Below are positions 27,069 through 37,519 of a stretch of DNA of 64,000 nucleotides, in pieces. Under the pieces are notes generated by a model that worked only from the letters and a program-made list of their open reading frames with translations, was not told where the DNA came from and did not search any database. Origin of the DNA: an uncultured Bacteroidales bacterium (GTDB lineage Bacteria > Bacteroidota > Bacteroidia > Bacteroidales > PUMT01). The stretch covers positions 6,180-70,179 of the forward strand of contig CAZFOO010000005.1 of NCBI GenBank assembly GCA_964520585.1. The letters run 5' to 3'. Numbering within the stretch: the stretch's first letter is position 1; every line of letters begins with the position of its first letter. A program made the translations under genes and the position numbers.

Positions 27069-28409
27069 TTATCTTAATTCAGCTATATCCGGGTAGAGGA
27101 ATGGTGGTGTATCGAAGTGATAAAATAGGTCATGGTCAGGCCATTCTTCTATTTTATTGAGGGCTGTCTGCACTTTACGGGTTATTTCTCTGGCCAGATT
27201 TGTTCCTTTATAGGTACTTGAATTGAAAAATACAGCCCAGCTGATACCATTGGATTGACGCATAACCAGGGCAGAAGTCCCGGCAAATGTGCCGGTACGC
27301 CACCATTTGCCATACCGGTCCGAATAGCTCCACCCTATTGTACTACCTCCTGAAATTCTTTTATCAGTCATTATTTTGATACTTTCGGCCGATAATATGT
27401 CATTTACGCCGGTATGTCCGTCTATTGCAACAATAAGTTTCAGGAACTCAGATGGAGAGGCAATCCATCCTCCTGCAGCACCAAGCACTTCTATATCGTT
27501 ACCCCCATATGATACGGGGACCAGATCATTGTGATTATAAGCAGAACGGATTTTAAATGCATTGGATTGTTCATAATATTTTACCTCATTTTTAAAACGG
27601 TCGGCTTCCCTGTTACGGCCTATTTTTATGTCCTGGATTCCAAGCGGGAATAATATGGTTTCCCTGATATAATCCTCATATGTTCTGCCGGAAACCTTAC
27701 TGATTACCTCTCCAAGTATAGCATACCCGAGATTTGAATAACTGGTTCCCGAGCCGGGTGTGAAATGAAGTCGTTTTTTTAATGCAAACCTTATAATATC
27801 GTTCACCTGGACTGGCAGGTCAACTTTCATTTCCCTTGAAATATGATGGGGCATAAACATATGGTCCCCATAACGCCTGCTCCAGCCGGCGGAATGATTA
27901 AGGAGATGCCTGATGGTAATATCTTCGACCCTGCGATCGGTATAGTCCAGAAGAGCAGAATCATTAAGTATACCTCCGGGGCCAAAAACCCTGTCATCAA
28001 GATCCAGTAAACCTAACTCCCGCATTTTCATAATGGCAGTTGCAGTAATAAGTTTAGATACACTGGCAATCCTGAACATATGTTTTGGTTCTACCGGTTG
28101 CAAAGCTTCAATATCAGCATATCCAAACCCTTTGGCAAAAACCAGTTTGCCGTCTTTTGCAACTGCAACAGAAGCTCCCTTCATATCATACTTGCCTAAT
28201 AGAAAGGCAATACCTGATTCCAGGTCTTCAAAATCCTCAAAATCAGATAATTCATTATTAATCCTGAACGAAATCGGTTCTGTTTGCTCTGAACGAAGTA
28301 CTTCATGCATAGAGCTGTTTACTGATGATATCAATGTAACATCCAGGAAATAAAGGACAAACAATACTGTAAATTTAATAATCAATCCTCTTGCAAAACT
28401 CTTCTTCAT
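27069..28409 (-). CDS. serine hydrolase, beta-lactamase/PBP4*-like
   Basis: It has the SxxK motif (ASVSKL) and the YxN motif (YSNLGY). An N-terminal TM or signal follows the start at MKKSFARG. Confidence 0.8.
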   Translation of the reverse strand: MKKSFARGLIIKFTVLFVLYFLDVTLISSVNSSMHEVLRSEQTEPISFRINNELSDFEDFEDLESGIAFLLGKYDMKGASVAVAKDGKLVFAKGFGYADIEALQPVEPKHMFRIASVSKLITATAIMKMRELGLLDLDDRVFGPGGILNDSALLDYTDRRVEDITIRHLLNHSAGWSRRYGDHMFMPHHISREMKVDLPVQVNDIIRFALKKRLHFTPGSGTSYSNLGYAILGEVISKVSGRTYEDYIRETILFPLGIQDIKIGRNREADRFKNEVKYYEQSNAFKIRSAYNHNDLVPVSYGGNDIEVLGAAGGWIASPSEFLKLIVAIDGHTGVNDILSAESIKIMTDKRISGGSTIGWSYSDRYGKWWRTGTFAGTSALVMRQSNGISWAVFFNSSTYKGTNLAREITRKVQTALNKIEEWPDHDLFYHFDTPPFLYPDIAELR

Positions 28410-28540
28410 AAACAATATTGATAATATCTGGTTATTGATATGATTTGGCAGTAAATATAAACATCCAATTCTAAACAACCGGCGAAATTATTAAAAAATA
28501 TATCAATCTGAAATAATATTGGTAATACTTTAATAAATTA

Positions 28541-28577
28541 AAACAGCCATGTGCCGGAAAGGCCACATGGCTGTTTT
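28541..28577 (-). terminator. intrinsic terminator
   Basis: An inverted repeat of ~14 bp, AACAGCCATGTG(G/C)C ... G(G/C)CACATGGCTGTT, flanked by A and T runs. It lies downstream of 28659..29261. Confidence 0.65.
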
Positions 28578-28658
28578 GGTTATCATTATACAATAACAGG
28601 ATTCTTAACAGAAAGTTATGGAATTACTTTCCATCAATGCGCAGGTTGTGTCATTTTA

Positions 28659-29261
28659 TTAATTTACTGTTTTAATGGTACATCCTATGGCCCTGGTGTA
28701 TTCAGGTTCTGGCTTATTGCCATTTATTAAAGCATTTATTGCATTTGAAAGAAATCTTTCTTCAACGGCAGAAGCATTCCTGTAATTGTCATCAATAGTT
28801 CCGATGTAGGCAACTACCAGGTCACCCCCCTTCCTGTTGAGAAGAAAGACATGCGGTGTTCTTGTTGCCCCGTAAACAGGATATACTTCTTGTCCTTCAT
28901 CAATAAGGTAAGGAAATGTAAATCCTTTTTCATTAGCCCTAACCTGCATGAGTTCATAGGAATCCTGTGGTTGGACAGCAGGATCATTCGGGTTAATAGC
29001 TATTACCGGGAATCCCTGGGGTCTGTATTTTTTATCTATATCTATCAACCGATCCTCATATGCTACGGCATATGGGCAATGGTTGCATGTGAATACCACA
29101 ACAAACCCTCTGGCATCAGGATAATCACTCATACTTACGTAATTTCCATCAACATTCTTCAGCCTGAAATCTGCTGCTTTGTCACCTACCTGGTATCCCT
29201 GTGCTGAAATATGAATAACAGCCAAAACGCTAAACATGAATAAAAATAACATTTTTTTCAT
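28659..29261 (-). CDS. thioredoxin-fold protein (redoxin/AhpC-TSA-like)
   Basis: It has a signal peptide and a CxxC-type motif (FTCNHCPY). It sits adjacent to a TlpA-like gene. Confidence 0.7.
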   Translation of the reverse strand: MKKMLFLFMFSVLAVIHISAQGYQVGDKAADFRLKNVDGNYVSMSDYPDARGFVVVFTCNHCPYAVAYEDRLIDIDKKYRPQGFPVIAINPNDPAVQPQDSYELMQVRANEKGFTFPYLIDEGQEVYPVYGATRTPHVFLLNRKGGDLVVAYIGTIDDNYRNASAVEERFLSNAINALINGNKPEPEYTRAIGCTIKTVN

Positions 29262-29286
29262 AGTAGTGGTTTTCTGGTTTGACAAT

Positions 29287-29763
29287 CTAATTTAATTTTG
29301 ACTTTACGATATCTTCTAATTCACTGTATGTAAATACCTGTTCGTAGAAAGATCTTTTATCTTTGGTGAAAATTATAGTTGCGGGTATTGACCCACTCCA
29401 GGAATCATCTACACGAGGAATCCACTGGTTGCTTCTGGGGTCGTCCAGTAAAATAATTTCTGACTGTAAATCATGTTTTTTAATAAACGGCATTATCCTT
29501 GATTCCATATGAATGGGATTATCGAGGCTGACAAGGATGACCTTCACTTGTTTATCCGAATAAATGTCATTGAGTTTTTCGAACTCTGGCAATTCCTTTA
29601 CGCATGGTAAGCACCACGTAGCCCAAAAATTGACTACAAATACCGAATCACTGTTTGTGTTAAGCAATGGTTGAAATTCCTCAAAAGTCATAGCCGGTAT
29701 TTGACTATAAGCTCCGGTTACAGAAACAAGAATTATAACGGCTGTTAAAAAGATTTTTTTCAT
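29287..29763 (-). CDS. TlpA-family thiol:disulfide oxidoreductase
   Basis: It has a signal peptide and the WCxxC active site (FWATWCLPCVKELPE). Confidence 0.8.
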   Translation of the reverse strand: MKKIFLTAVIILVSVTGAYSQIPAMTFEEFQPLLNTNSDSVFVVNFWATWCLPCVKELPEFEKLNDIYSDKQVKVILVSLDNPIHMESRIMPFIKKHDLQSEIILLDDPRSNQWIPRVDDSWSGSIPATIIFTKDKRSFYEQVFTYSELEDIVKSKLN

Positions 29764-29867
29764 ATTAATCTTATTTAATCTAATTAACAGTAGATTAAAA
29801 CAAAATGTTCAGTATTTTTTGGCTAAACTGGAGTCAGATTATATTAAAATGTGTTAAATGCGGAGTT

Positions 29868-30365
29868 CTAGCCAATTTTGATAATCCCGGAGTCTATAAC
29901 CTTTAATGATAGTCTGGCTTTCTTAATAGAAGTCACAAGACACAAAACTGATGATATTTTTAGTGCCGGGCATTCGTTCTTCATTTTAAATTTTTTGGTA
30001 TCATGTTCTTTCCCGAAAACATCTCTTACCCTTGCCGTAAAAAATTTTTCATCGTGATGAAAATTATTAAATTCGATAAGTTTGAAATGATATGACTCAC
30101 AACGTTTGTATACGGGATGTTCCGGTTCAAAAAAAAATCTTCCTAGACAATTTATCTTGTCCAGATGGCATTTGATGCTATCCCCTGCCCTGATCCCATA
30201 TTGAATATAATATTTTACAGGTATCAGATGTTTCAGCCCGTTCTTATCCCTGCCCACGTAAAATTCCTGATCATCAGCAACATTTATAAGCTTAATAATC
30301 TTCAGATCATATTTGTTTCCTGGTTCAATCAGCAGGGTCTTATCCTTAAAGTATTGATTTTTCAT
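29868..30365 (-). CDS. hypothetical protein
   Basis: 165-aa ORF with an ATG at 30365. No motif was recognised. Confidence 0.45.
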   Translation of the reverse strand: MKNQYFKDKTLLIEPGNKYDLKIIKLINVADDQEFYVGRDKNGLKHLIPVKYYIQYGIRAGDSIKCHLDKINCLGRFFFEPEHPVYKRCESYHFKLIEFNNFHHDEKFFTARVRDVFGKEHDTKKFKMKNECPALKISSVLCLVTSIKKARLSLKVIDSGIIKIG

Positions 30366-30690
30366 GAACAAATCAGAGGTTAATTCCTTTATATTTATGA
30401 ATGTAAATTTAATTTATTATTTGTCATAATATATGCTGATGTCAAGTCACATTGATGTAATGGCAATGATCTTCTTAGATAAATGCTAAGGTCAATAGCT
30501 TATAAACTATTTAATGGATAAAAATATTGATCTGTTTATTTAAACGATGATTTGGATCCACAAATATTTGGTTTTTTATAAAAAATAGATTATATTACAT
30601 TCTTAACTTGAAATTTCAAGATTAAAAGCTTTTATATTGCATTTTGCAATATTTTTCAATTTAATATTAACCTTATAAAATAAAATAATT

Positions 30691-30978
30691 ATGAGTAAAT
30701 CATCAGTTAGTGCAGTTTTAGGATTTATGGCAGGTGCTGCCGCAGGTGCGGCATTAGGAATACTTTTTGCACCTGAAAAAGGAACTTCAACTAGAAAAAA
30801 GATTAAAGAACAAGCTCAGAAGGTAAGCGATGAAATGAAAGATAATTTAACGCATAAAATGGATGATCTGAGTAAATTTGTTTCAGGATTTGTCGATGAA
30901 ACAAAAGAAAAGATGGCCGATCTTGAGAAAAAAACTAAGCAGGAAATAAAAGAAGTTAAAGAAAAAGCCACAAAATAG
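30691..30978 (+). CDS. YtxH domain protein
   Basis: An N-terminal Gly/Ala-rich TM segment (GFMAGAAAGAALGILFAPEKG) is followed by a charged helix. Confidence 0.7.
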   Translation: MSKSSVSAVLGFMAGAAAGAALGILFAPEKGTSTRKKIKEQAQKVSDEMKDNLTHKMDDLSKFVSGFVDETKEKMADLEKKTKQEIKEVKEKATK

Positions 30979-30985
30979 TTAATAA

Positions 30986-31375
30986 ATGACTAATAAATCC
31001 TTTTCAAGCAATGTTACTGAAATAATAGCAATTGCGCGTTCTTACGTGAATACAAGGATTGAGCTTTGGAAATTGTCCCTGCTGGAAAAAACCGCACTGG
31101 CAGGGGCTTTTTTTCTTGGTTCGGTTATCATCGTTTTGATCGTTGCTTTTTGTTTACTATTTTTTTCGCTGGCTTTTGCATTCTGGTATGGTCAACGTAC
31201 AGGTGATCTTTCTTTAGGATTCCTGATATTGGCGGGTATTTATCTGGTTCTTGGACTAATATTTATAATCAGCCGTAAACGCCTTATTACCGGACCTATT
31301 ATAAGATCGTTGTCTGCCATTATTTATGAAGATGATGATGATGAATCTGAAGAACCGGTAAATGATGAAAAATAA
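30986..31375 (+). CDS. phage-holin-family/DUF1469-like membrane protein
   Basis: 129 aa with two TM helices. It sits directly after the YtxH gene, a common trio arrangement. Confidence 0.5.
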   Translation: MTNKSFSSNVTEIIAIARSYVNTRIELWKLSLLEKTALAGAFFLGSVIIVLIVAFCLLFFSLAFAFWYGQRTGDLSLGFLILAGIYLVLGLIFIISRKRLITGPIIRSLSAIIYEDDDDESEEPVNDEK

Positions 31376-31628
31376 AAGAAGTTTTAATTCGATGCATGAT
31401 ATAAAACTTGAAAAGGCTAGACTCAAGTTTGAAGCTAAGCTACACGAAGAAAAGCTTAAAAATGCGAATTATCATATTTTTTCGGGTTTTTCCTCTTCCG
31501 TGCAAAGTATTAAGCATAATATCCGTAACCGGCTAATTTCCTATTCAATTTTCCGTTCTTTATATAAATCTAATTTTGTATACGATTTCGTAAAGAACTT
31601 TTACAAAGGGATCCGGCAATCCAGGTAG
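31362..31628 (+). CDS. hypothetical protein (third gene of the YtxH trio)
   Basis: 88-aa basic ORF that overlaps the previous gene by 14 nt. Confidence 0.4.
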   Translation: MMKNKRSFNSMHDIKLEKARLKFEAKLHEEKLKNANYHIFSGFSSSVQSIKHNIRNRLISYSIFRSLYKSNFVYDFVKNFYKGIRQSR

Positions 31629-31654
31629 TCAAACAACACCAGAGTGATTTAAAT

Positions 31655-31708
31655 AAAAAATACCAATATCAAACGATTTGTCAGGATCGTTTGATATTGG
31701 TATTTTTT
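31655..31708. terminator. bidirectional intrinsic terminator
   Basis: A ~19-bp perfect stem (AATACCAATATCAAACGAT / ATCGTTTGATATTGGTATT) flanked by A and T runs. It lies between convergent genes. Confidence 0.7.
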
Positions 31709-31750
31709 ATTATTATTAATAATCAGTATTCCGTTTAGACTGGAAAAAAA

Positions 31751-32374
31751 CTAAAAGAATATTCCCACACTCACAATAAATTGCCTGCTGCGGGAGTCAA
31801 ATTCCATATCACGTTCCCCGATCGTAACTCCACTGCCAAGCTTGCTTAAATTTCCTTCATATTTCAGATCAAGAGCAAGAAATTTAAGAACATCCAGTCC
31901 CACTCCAAGCTGATAACCAAAAGTAGCTGAGTTAAATTGTTCCTCAAGTCCAAATTCACCCAGTTCTGAACTGGTACTGAGCATTATTGTGCCGACTGGC
32001 CCAATCCCAACTCGTGCCGGCCCAAAACGTTTTCCTAAAAGCACCGGAAAATCAAGTTTCGTAAAACTTTGTTCTCTGATACGTCCAACTGCATTACTCT
32101 GATCCAGGTCTCTCACTCTTACCTCACTGTCCAGCGAGGTAAGCAGCAATTCAGGCTGTAAAAACAGGCCAAAAAAGGATACCTGCATCATTACTCCCCC
32201 ATGAAATCCTATGGTTGCATCATTGAGGATTGTAAACCGGTAATCGTCAGTTGTGATATCCGAAGCCTTAAAATATGCAGTATTAATTCCGCCTCTTACC
32301 CCCATACGGATTTGTGAATTCAGGGCCGGTGCCATTAATAAAGCCACCATCGTTATTAATATTAATCTTTTCAT
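31751..32374 (-). CDS. outer-membrane beta-barrel protein (PorT/OmpW-like)
   Basis: It has a signal peptide and alternating beta-strand patterning. It ends in an aromatic residue (VSVGIFF). Confidence 0.65.
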   Translation of the reverse strand: MKRLILITMVALLMAPALNSQIRMGVRGGINTAYFKASDITTDDYRFTILNDATIGFHGGVMMQVSFFGLFLQPELLLTSLDSEVRVRDLDQSNAVGRIREQSFTKLDFPVLLGKRFGPARVGIGPVGTIMLSTSSELGEFGLEEQFNSATFGYQLGVGLDVLKFLALDLKYEGNLSKLGSGVTIGERDMEFDSRSRQFIVSVGIFF

Positions 32375-32467
32375 TGTTCTCGGGTTTAAGTAATGAACAA
32401 ATTAGAACTGTGTTTCTGGTTTATGGTCATATAAACAACAAAATTATATAAAAATTGCCCGGATTAC

Positions 32468-33697
32468 TTATTGTTCTGCATTTTTTAATTTTTCCAGTCT
32501 TTTAAGCAAAGGAGGATGCGAATAGTGAATGAACACATATAATGGATGTGGCCGCAGATTACTCAGATTTTTGACCGATAATTTTTTTAATGCACTTACC
32601 AGATATTGTGCCGGATGGTGCTGCGCAGCAAAATGGTCGGCTTCATACTCATTTTTCCTTGAAATCCAGTTACCGGCAACACCGAAAATTGCGGAGACAG
32701 GAGAGTAAAGTATACCAAAGGCTAACAATCCCATATGAAATGAAGGCTGGTCTGATCCGAGGGCTGAAGAAAGAGCAGGATTTGAAACCATCAGGGAAAG
32801 TATATACAAGGTAATCGCACTGGTTATGAATGAAATTGCCAATCCGGAAATAATATGCTTTTTCTTATAGTGACCTATTTCATGAGCCAAAACACCAACT
32901 ATTTCTTTAATTTTCAAGTCCTCAATCAAGGTGTCAAAAAGCACTATCCGTTTTTTCTTTCCGAGACCGGCAAAATAGGCATTAGCTTTGGTACTCCGTT
33001 TTGACCCGTCTATAACAAATACATCATTGAGACGAAAATCTGTCCGGCGACTTATTGATTCTATTGATTCACGAAGTTCTCCCTCTTCAAGCGGAGTTTG
33101 TTTATTGAAAAGCGGGACTATCAGAGTTGAATAAAACAGATTCATGAAGATCATGAAAAATGTTATAAGTGCAAGTGCATAGACCCAAAACCATACCGTG
33201 GTAAGATAATAGAACCAGGTTATTAGTGCAAGGAGTCCCCCGCCGATAACTATACCAAGCAGCCATCCTTTAATTTTATCTGAAATAAATATTGCCGGCG
33301 TGGATTTATTGAATCCGAACTTTTCTTCAATGACAAAAGTACCATACCAGTCAAATGGTATATGCAAAATATCGGATGCAAACATGATTATGCCAAAAAA
33401 GATCAGTGCAATTATTACTGGACTGGAGGATAATCCCCGTGCAAATTCATCCACAAAAGCAAAACCTTCCAGAAAGAGCATTGCCAGCACAAGTCCGAGA
33501 GAGAATAATCCACGGACCAGCGAAAACCGCTGTTTAACTTTTTCATATTCGACGGACTTGCGATATTTATCCTCATTATAAATATCCCGGAGATCTTCGG
33601 GCAACACGGGTGTTCTGCGGGTGGAATTCAGATATTCCAAAAATACTTCCATCAAAAAGGAAGCAATAACAAGCGCAACAATAATATAAAATATCAT
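32468..33697 (-). CDS. M48 family zinc metalloprotease (Ste24/HtpX-like)
   Basis: It has multiple TM segments and the HExxH motif in AHEIGHYKKKH. An ATG at 33697 is preferred over the TTG at 33724. Confidence 0.85.
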   Translation of the reverse strand: MIFYIIVALVIASFLMEVFLEYLNSTRRTPVLPEDLRDIYNEDKYRKSVEYEKVKQRFSLVRGLFSLGLVLAMLFLEGFAFVDEFARGLSSSPVIIALIFFGIIMFASDILHIPFDWYGTFVIEEKFGFNKSTPAIFISDKIKGWLLGIVIGGGLLALITWFYYLTTVWFWVYALALITFFMIFMNLFYSTLIVPLFNKQTPLEEGELRESIESISRRTDFRLNDVFVIDGSKRSTKANAYFAGLGKKKRIVLFDTLIEDLKIKEIVGVLAHEIGHYKKKHIISGLAISFITSAITLYILSLMVSNPALSSALGSDQPSFHMGLLAFGILYSPVSAIFGVAGNWISRKNEYEADHFAAQHHPAQYLVSALKKLSVKNLSNLRPHPLYVFIHYSHPPLLKRLEKLKNAEQ

Positions 33698-33735
33698 CTC
33701 CTGGTTTTTAATCAAAAAGCTCAAAGATAATATTT

Positions 33736-34758
33736 TTACCGGTCTCTGCCCAGTTGGTTATCCAGTTCTCCGGCCTTTTTAATTCTTTCTTCCAGAATAT
33801 CAATGTAAGCTACTGTTGCCGGATGCCTCCTTTTTTTATAGGCTTCCCTGGCAAATTTAATTGCTTCAGGGTATTCACCTCTCATCTCACTAATTAAGGC
33901 AAGATTATGAAGTGCGGCTGCAACAACATTATCATTCCGCCTATCCAGAAGATCGGTATATATTTCTTTGGCTCTGTCATAATTACCATTATTCAGGTGA
34001 GAGGAAGCTATCCTGAGCATATATAAACCTCGCTCAAAATACATTCTTCCCTGCTCAATCCAGTATGGTGAAATTTTTCTTGCATAATTCAATGCAGTGA
34101 AATAAGCAGATTCCATGAGTGCTTCTTCCGGCGAAGGTATTCTTTCAGGTACTTCATAAGCATTAAATGCAGCATATTCCCAGTTAATCGTATCAAACCA
34201 AACATGCTCATTAATAATCTCACCATAGTCGCCTTCATAGATCCGCCATAAAGCAGAGATATTTACATACATCTCTCCCAAAAAATAACTGCCAAATTCA
34301 TCACTTATAAATGTTATCTTTATGTCGTCTGGTAATTCTGCATTAAAAACTTCCAGGGCTATAACAGCATTAGCGTCAAGAGAATCACAAATAAATAAAA
34401 CCAGTTCCGGGTTTAATGGGTCCTGAATGGAAATCTCTTTACTTCCTGGAATTTCCAGAAGCATATCCTTATCCAGGTAATCAAGACCGGGTGATTCATT
34501 CAAAATATCAGCAAGTGAAAATATAACTTCAGTTGTTGTTATGTTATGTAGCATTAATGGTGACGTCTCCGAAGAATTCTGAAAGTTGTTTTCCTGATCT
34601 GTATTATCTTGCAGAGCTCTGTTTACTATTATGGCTGTGTTAGCATAAGTTGTTACAGGTTCGGGGGCAGGTTCCAGAACTTGAATGTTAATAGTTGACA
34701 CAGAAACACATGATAGAAAAAAAAACGGATATATGAAAAACAAGAATCGATAAGCCAT
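33736..34758 (-). CDS. lipoprotein with C-terminal TPR-like repeats
   Basis: It has a lipobox-like N-terminus (FFFLSC). The C-terminal helical repeats are TPR-like (YDRAKEIYTDLL, AAALHNLALISEMRGEYPEAIKFAREAY). Confidence 0.55.
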   Translation of the reverse strand: MAYRFLFFIYPFFFLSCVSVSTINIQVLEPAPEPVTTYANTAIIVNRALQDNTDQENNFQNSSETSPLMLHNITTTEVIFSLADILNESPGLDYLDKDMLLEIPGSKEISIQDPLNPELVLFICDSLDANAVIALEVFNAELPDDIKITFISDEFGSYFLGEMYVNISALWRIYEGDYGEIINEHVWFDTINWEYAAFNAYEVPERIPSPEEALMESAYFTALNYARKISPYWIEQGRMYFERGLYMLRIASSHLNNGNYDRAKEIYTDLLDRRNDNVVAAALHNLALISEMRGEYPEAIKFAREAYKKRRHPATVAYIDILEERIKKAGELDNQLGRDR

Positions 34759-34869
34759 AAATGGAAAATATTATGAATAAAATCAGTTACCAATTTACCT
34801 GACTGTTTAATTTGTTGTAAAGATTATGTATTTTTCCGATTTAATAAGAAAACATATTAAAAATAAATT

Positions 34870-36027
34870 ATGCCGGACAGTCTGCTAATACAAAATGTAT
34901 CTCTATACTATAATATTAAAGATACAATTAAATATGATATTCTTGTTGCAAAGGGGAAGATTATCTGTACAGCACCAGCCGGTGAAATTGTCCGCACCGG
35001 TAAAAGCATAGATGCCAAAGGAAATATCGCAATTCCTGGCATGATTGACATGCATATTCATGGCGCTGGTGGTTCCGATAGTCTTGACGGAGAGAGGGAG
35101 TCCCTGCAGACTATTTCCCGCACCCTGGCGAGTCTGGGAACCACAGGTTTTCTCAGTGCCATGGTTATTCAACCAGGTAAAAGAAATATCCATCTGCAAA
35201 TTGCAGGTGAATGTACAGGGGTAGACCTGGGAGGGGCCACACTTCTGGGTTCATATGTTGAAGGACCTTTTATCAATAAGGAAAAGAGAGGTGGTATTCT
35301 TCCGGAAAGCATTACAAGGCCTTCACCTGAAATTCTGGACCGGATTATTGAAGAATCAGTCGGAAAACTGCGAATAATGTGTATAGCTCCAGAATTACCA
35401 GGAAATGAAAAAATTATACGCAGACTAACAGATGCAGGGATAATTGCAGCTTTTGGTCATTCAGACGCAGGTTATGAGGAAACAAAAAAGGGGTTTGATT
35501 ACGGTATAAGCCATGTTACACACCTTTTTAATGCCATGCGTTCACTCCATCACAGGGATCCGGGGCCACTTGCCGCCATTTTTGAACATCCCGAAATCAG
35601 TATTGAACTGATTGCAGATTCCTACCATATTCATCCGGCAATGATAAATCTGGCTTCCAGACTTGCAGGAAAAAGGCTTGTTGCTTGTATAACTGATGGT
35701 ATAAGTGGTATGGGATTACCTGACGGCACTTATACTTACAATAACCGGGAATATACATCGATAAACGGTCTTGCCAGGTATCTTGATGGCACATTAATTG
35801 GGTCAACTATGGGACTGGGAAAGATTTCAGCCAACTTTATCAAGTTTACCGGTGCCGGTTTCAGGGAGGCAATAGATTGTGTTTCAATTAATCCAGCACG
35901 CATCCTCGGTATTGATAAATACAAAGGCAGTATCGAAGCAGGTAAAGATGCTGATATTGTGATTATCGACGAAAATTTTAATGTGAAGTACACTATTATT
36001 TCCGGGAGAACCATATATCAGAATTAA
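34870..36027 (+). CDS. nagA: N-acetylglucosamine-6-phosphate deacetylase
   Basis: The motifs PGMIDMHIHGAGG, VEGPFIN, AFGHSDA, HLFNAM, ITDG and GKDADIVIID match the E. coli NagA blocks. Confidence 0.9.
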   Translation: MPDSLLIQNVSLYYNIKDTIKYDILVAKGKIICTAPAGEIVRTGKSIDAKGNIAIPGMIDMHIHGAGGSDSLDGERESLQTISRTLASLGTTGFLSAMVIQPGKRNIHLQIAGECTGVDLGGATLLGSYVEGPFINKEKRGGILPESITRPSPEILDRIIEESVGKLRIMCIAPELPGNEKIIRRLTDAGIIAAFGHSDAGYEETKKGFDYGISHVTHLFNAMRSLHHRDPGPLAAIFEHPEISIELIADSYHIHPAMINLASRLAGKRLVACITDGISGMGLPDGTYTYNNREYTSINGLARYLDGTLIGSTMGLGKISANFIKFTGAGFREAIDCVSINPARILGIDKYKGSIEAGKDADIVIIDENFNVKYTIISGRTIYQN

Positions 36028-36040
36028 ATAACTGCTAAAC

Positions 36041-37519
36041 ATGCATTTTTCCTACCTGGACACATTCATCCTTATTACATATCTTGCAGGAATAACCTGG
36101 TTTGGTATAAAAATAGCCGGAAAACAGGGCACTTCAAAAGAGTATTTTCTGGGGGGAAAAAAAATACCCTGGTGGGCAGTTTGTTTTGCCATTGTTGCTA
36201 CGGAAACAAGTACTTTGACATTTATAAGTATTCCGGGACTGGCCTATCTTACAAATATGAATTTCCTGCAACTTACACTGGGGTATTTTCTGGGTAGGGT
36301 TATTGTAGCCCTGGTTATTCTTCCGGCGTATTTTAAGGGCGAAATGGGGACTGCCTATACATTCCTGGCAAACAGATTCGGGACCCCCATGAAAAACCTG
36401 GCGTCCGGTGTATTTATGATTACAAGGCTAGGTGCTGACGGGGTAAGATTATTTGCTACCGCAATACCTTTGGCTCTTATTCTCCAAAATACATTCTTAG
36501 CTGCAAATTTTTCAGCGAACTGGATATATATTGCTTCTATATTCCTGATAGCTGTTATCTCTTTAAGTTATACATATGTAGGTGGGTTACGTGCTGTTGT
36601 ATGGATGGATGTTGTTCAGCTTTTTATATATTTTACAGGGGCAGTAGCAGCAATTCTAATTGTCAGCGGTGATCTTGAAGGGGGGCTTGCCGGAGGTATT
36701 GCCAAAGCCTCTGATGCCGGTAAATTTGAAATATACAATTTCTCTCTTAAAGGAGGTTTAAGAGGCTTTTTTGCCACACCCTATACCTTCATTGCCAGCA
36801 TTCTGGGGGGAGCATTTTTATCGATGGCTTCACATGGGATCGATCAGCTTATAGTTCAGAGATTACTGGCTGCAGGATCTCTTTCCGGCAGCCGGAAGGC
36901 GCTCGTACTAACTGGCGGTATCATAATACTCCAGTTTGGTTTATTTCTTTTCCTGGGGAGTCTTCTATACGTTTTTTATTCGGGGGCAGAAATACCTCCT
37001 GATGAAGTATTTCCGAAATTTATAATTGAAGAAATGCCCGCAGGTCTTTCAGGACTGATTATTGCCGCCCTGTTCGCTGCTGCAATGTCGACCCTCTCCA
37101 GTTCAATTACTGCCCTTGGCTCTGCAACCATGTATGATTATGTAATGCCATATTATAAAAGACTTAATTCATCAAATGAAATGGCAGTGTCAAGATTTAT
37201 TACCCTGGTATGGTGTCTTCTGCTGGTAGGTTCCGCCATATTTTTCATGCAAAGTTCCCAGGCTGTTGTTGAACTGGCACTTTCTATTGCTTCTTTTACT
37301 TATGGAGGATTACTGGGTACATTCTTCCTGGGAGTACTTTTCAAGGCACCTCAGATCAGGCATGCAATACCTGCATTCATTGCCGGTATCCTGGGAATGG
37401 TGTATATTATACTTTTTACTGATATTGCATGGACCTGGTACACCCTTATCGGTGCAACAATTACCGTTTTGGTGGGCAAACTCTTAACAATCAGGTTTGC
37501 ATTCCTCCACAAACACTGA
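36041..37519 (+). CDS. sodium:solute symporter family transporter
   Basis: 492 aa with ~13 TM segments. SSS-type N-terminal features are present (YFLGGKKIPWWAVCFAIVATETSTLTFISIPG). Confidence 0.85.
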   Translation: MHFSYLDTFILITYLAGITWFGIKIAGKQGTSKEYFLGGKKIPWWAVCFAIVATETSTLTFISIPGLAYLTNMNFLQLTLGYFLGRVIVALVILPAYFKGEMGTAYTFLANRFGTPMKNLASGVFMITRLGADGVRLFATAIPLALILQNTFLAANFSANWIYIASIFLIAVISLSYTYVGGLRAVVWMDVVQLFIYFTGAVAAILIVSGDLEGGLAGGIAKASDAGKFEIYNFSLKGGLRGFFATPYTFIASILGGAFLSMASHGIDQLIVQRLLAAGSLSGSRKALVLTGGIIILQFGLFLFLGSLLYVFYSGAEIPPDEVFPKFIIEEMPAGLSGLIIAALFAAAMSTLSSSITALGSATMYDYVMPYYKRLNSSNEMAVSRFITLVWCLLLVGSAIFFMQSSQAVVELALSIASFTYGGLLGTFFLGVLFKAPQIRHAIPAFIAGILGMVYIILFTDIAWTWYTLIGATITVLVGKLLTIRFAFLHKH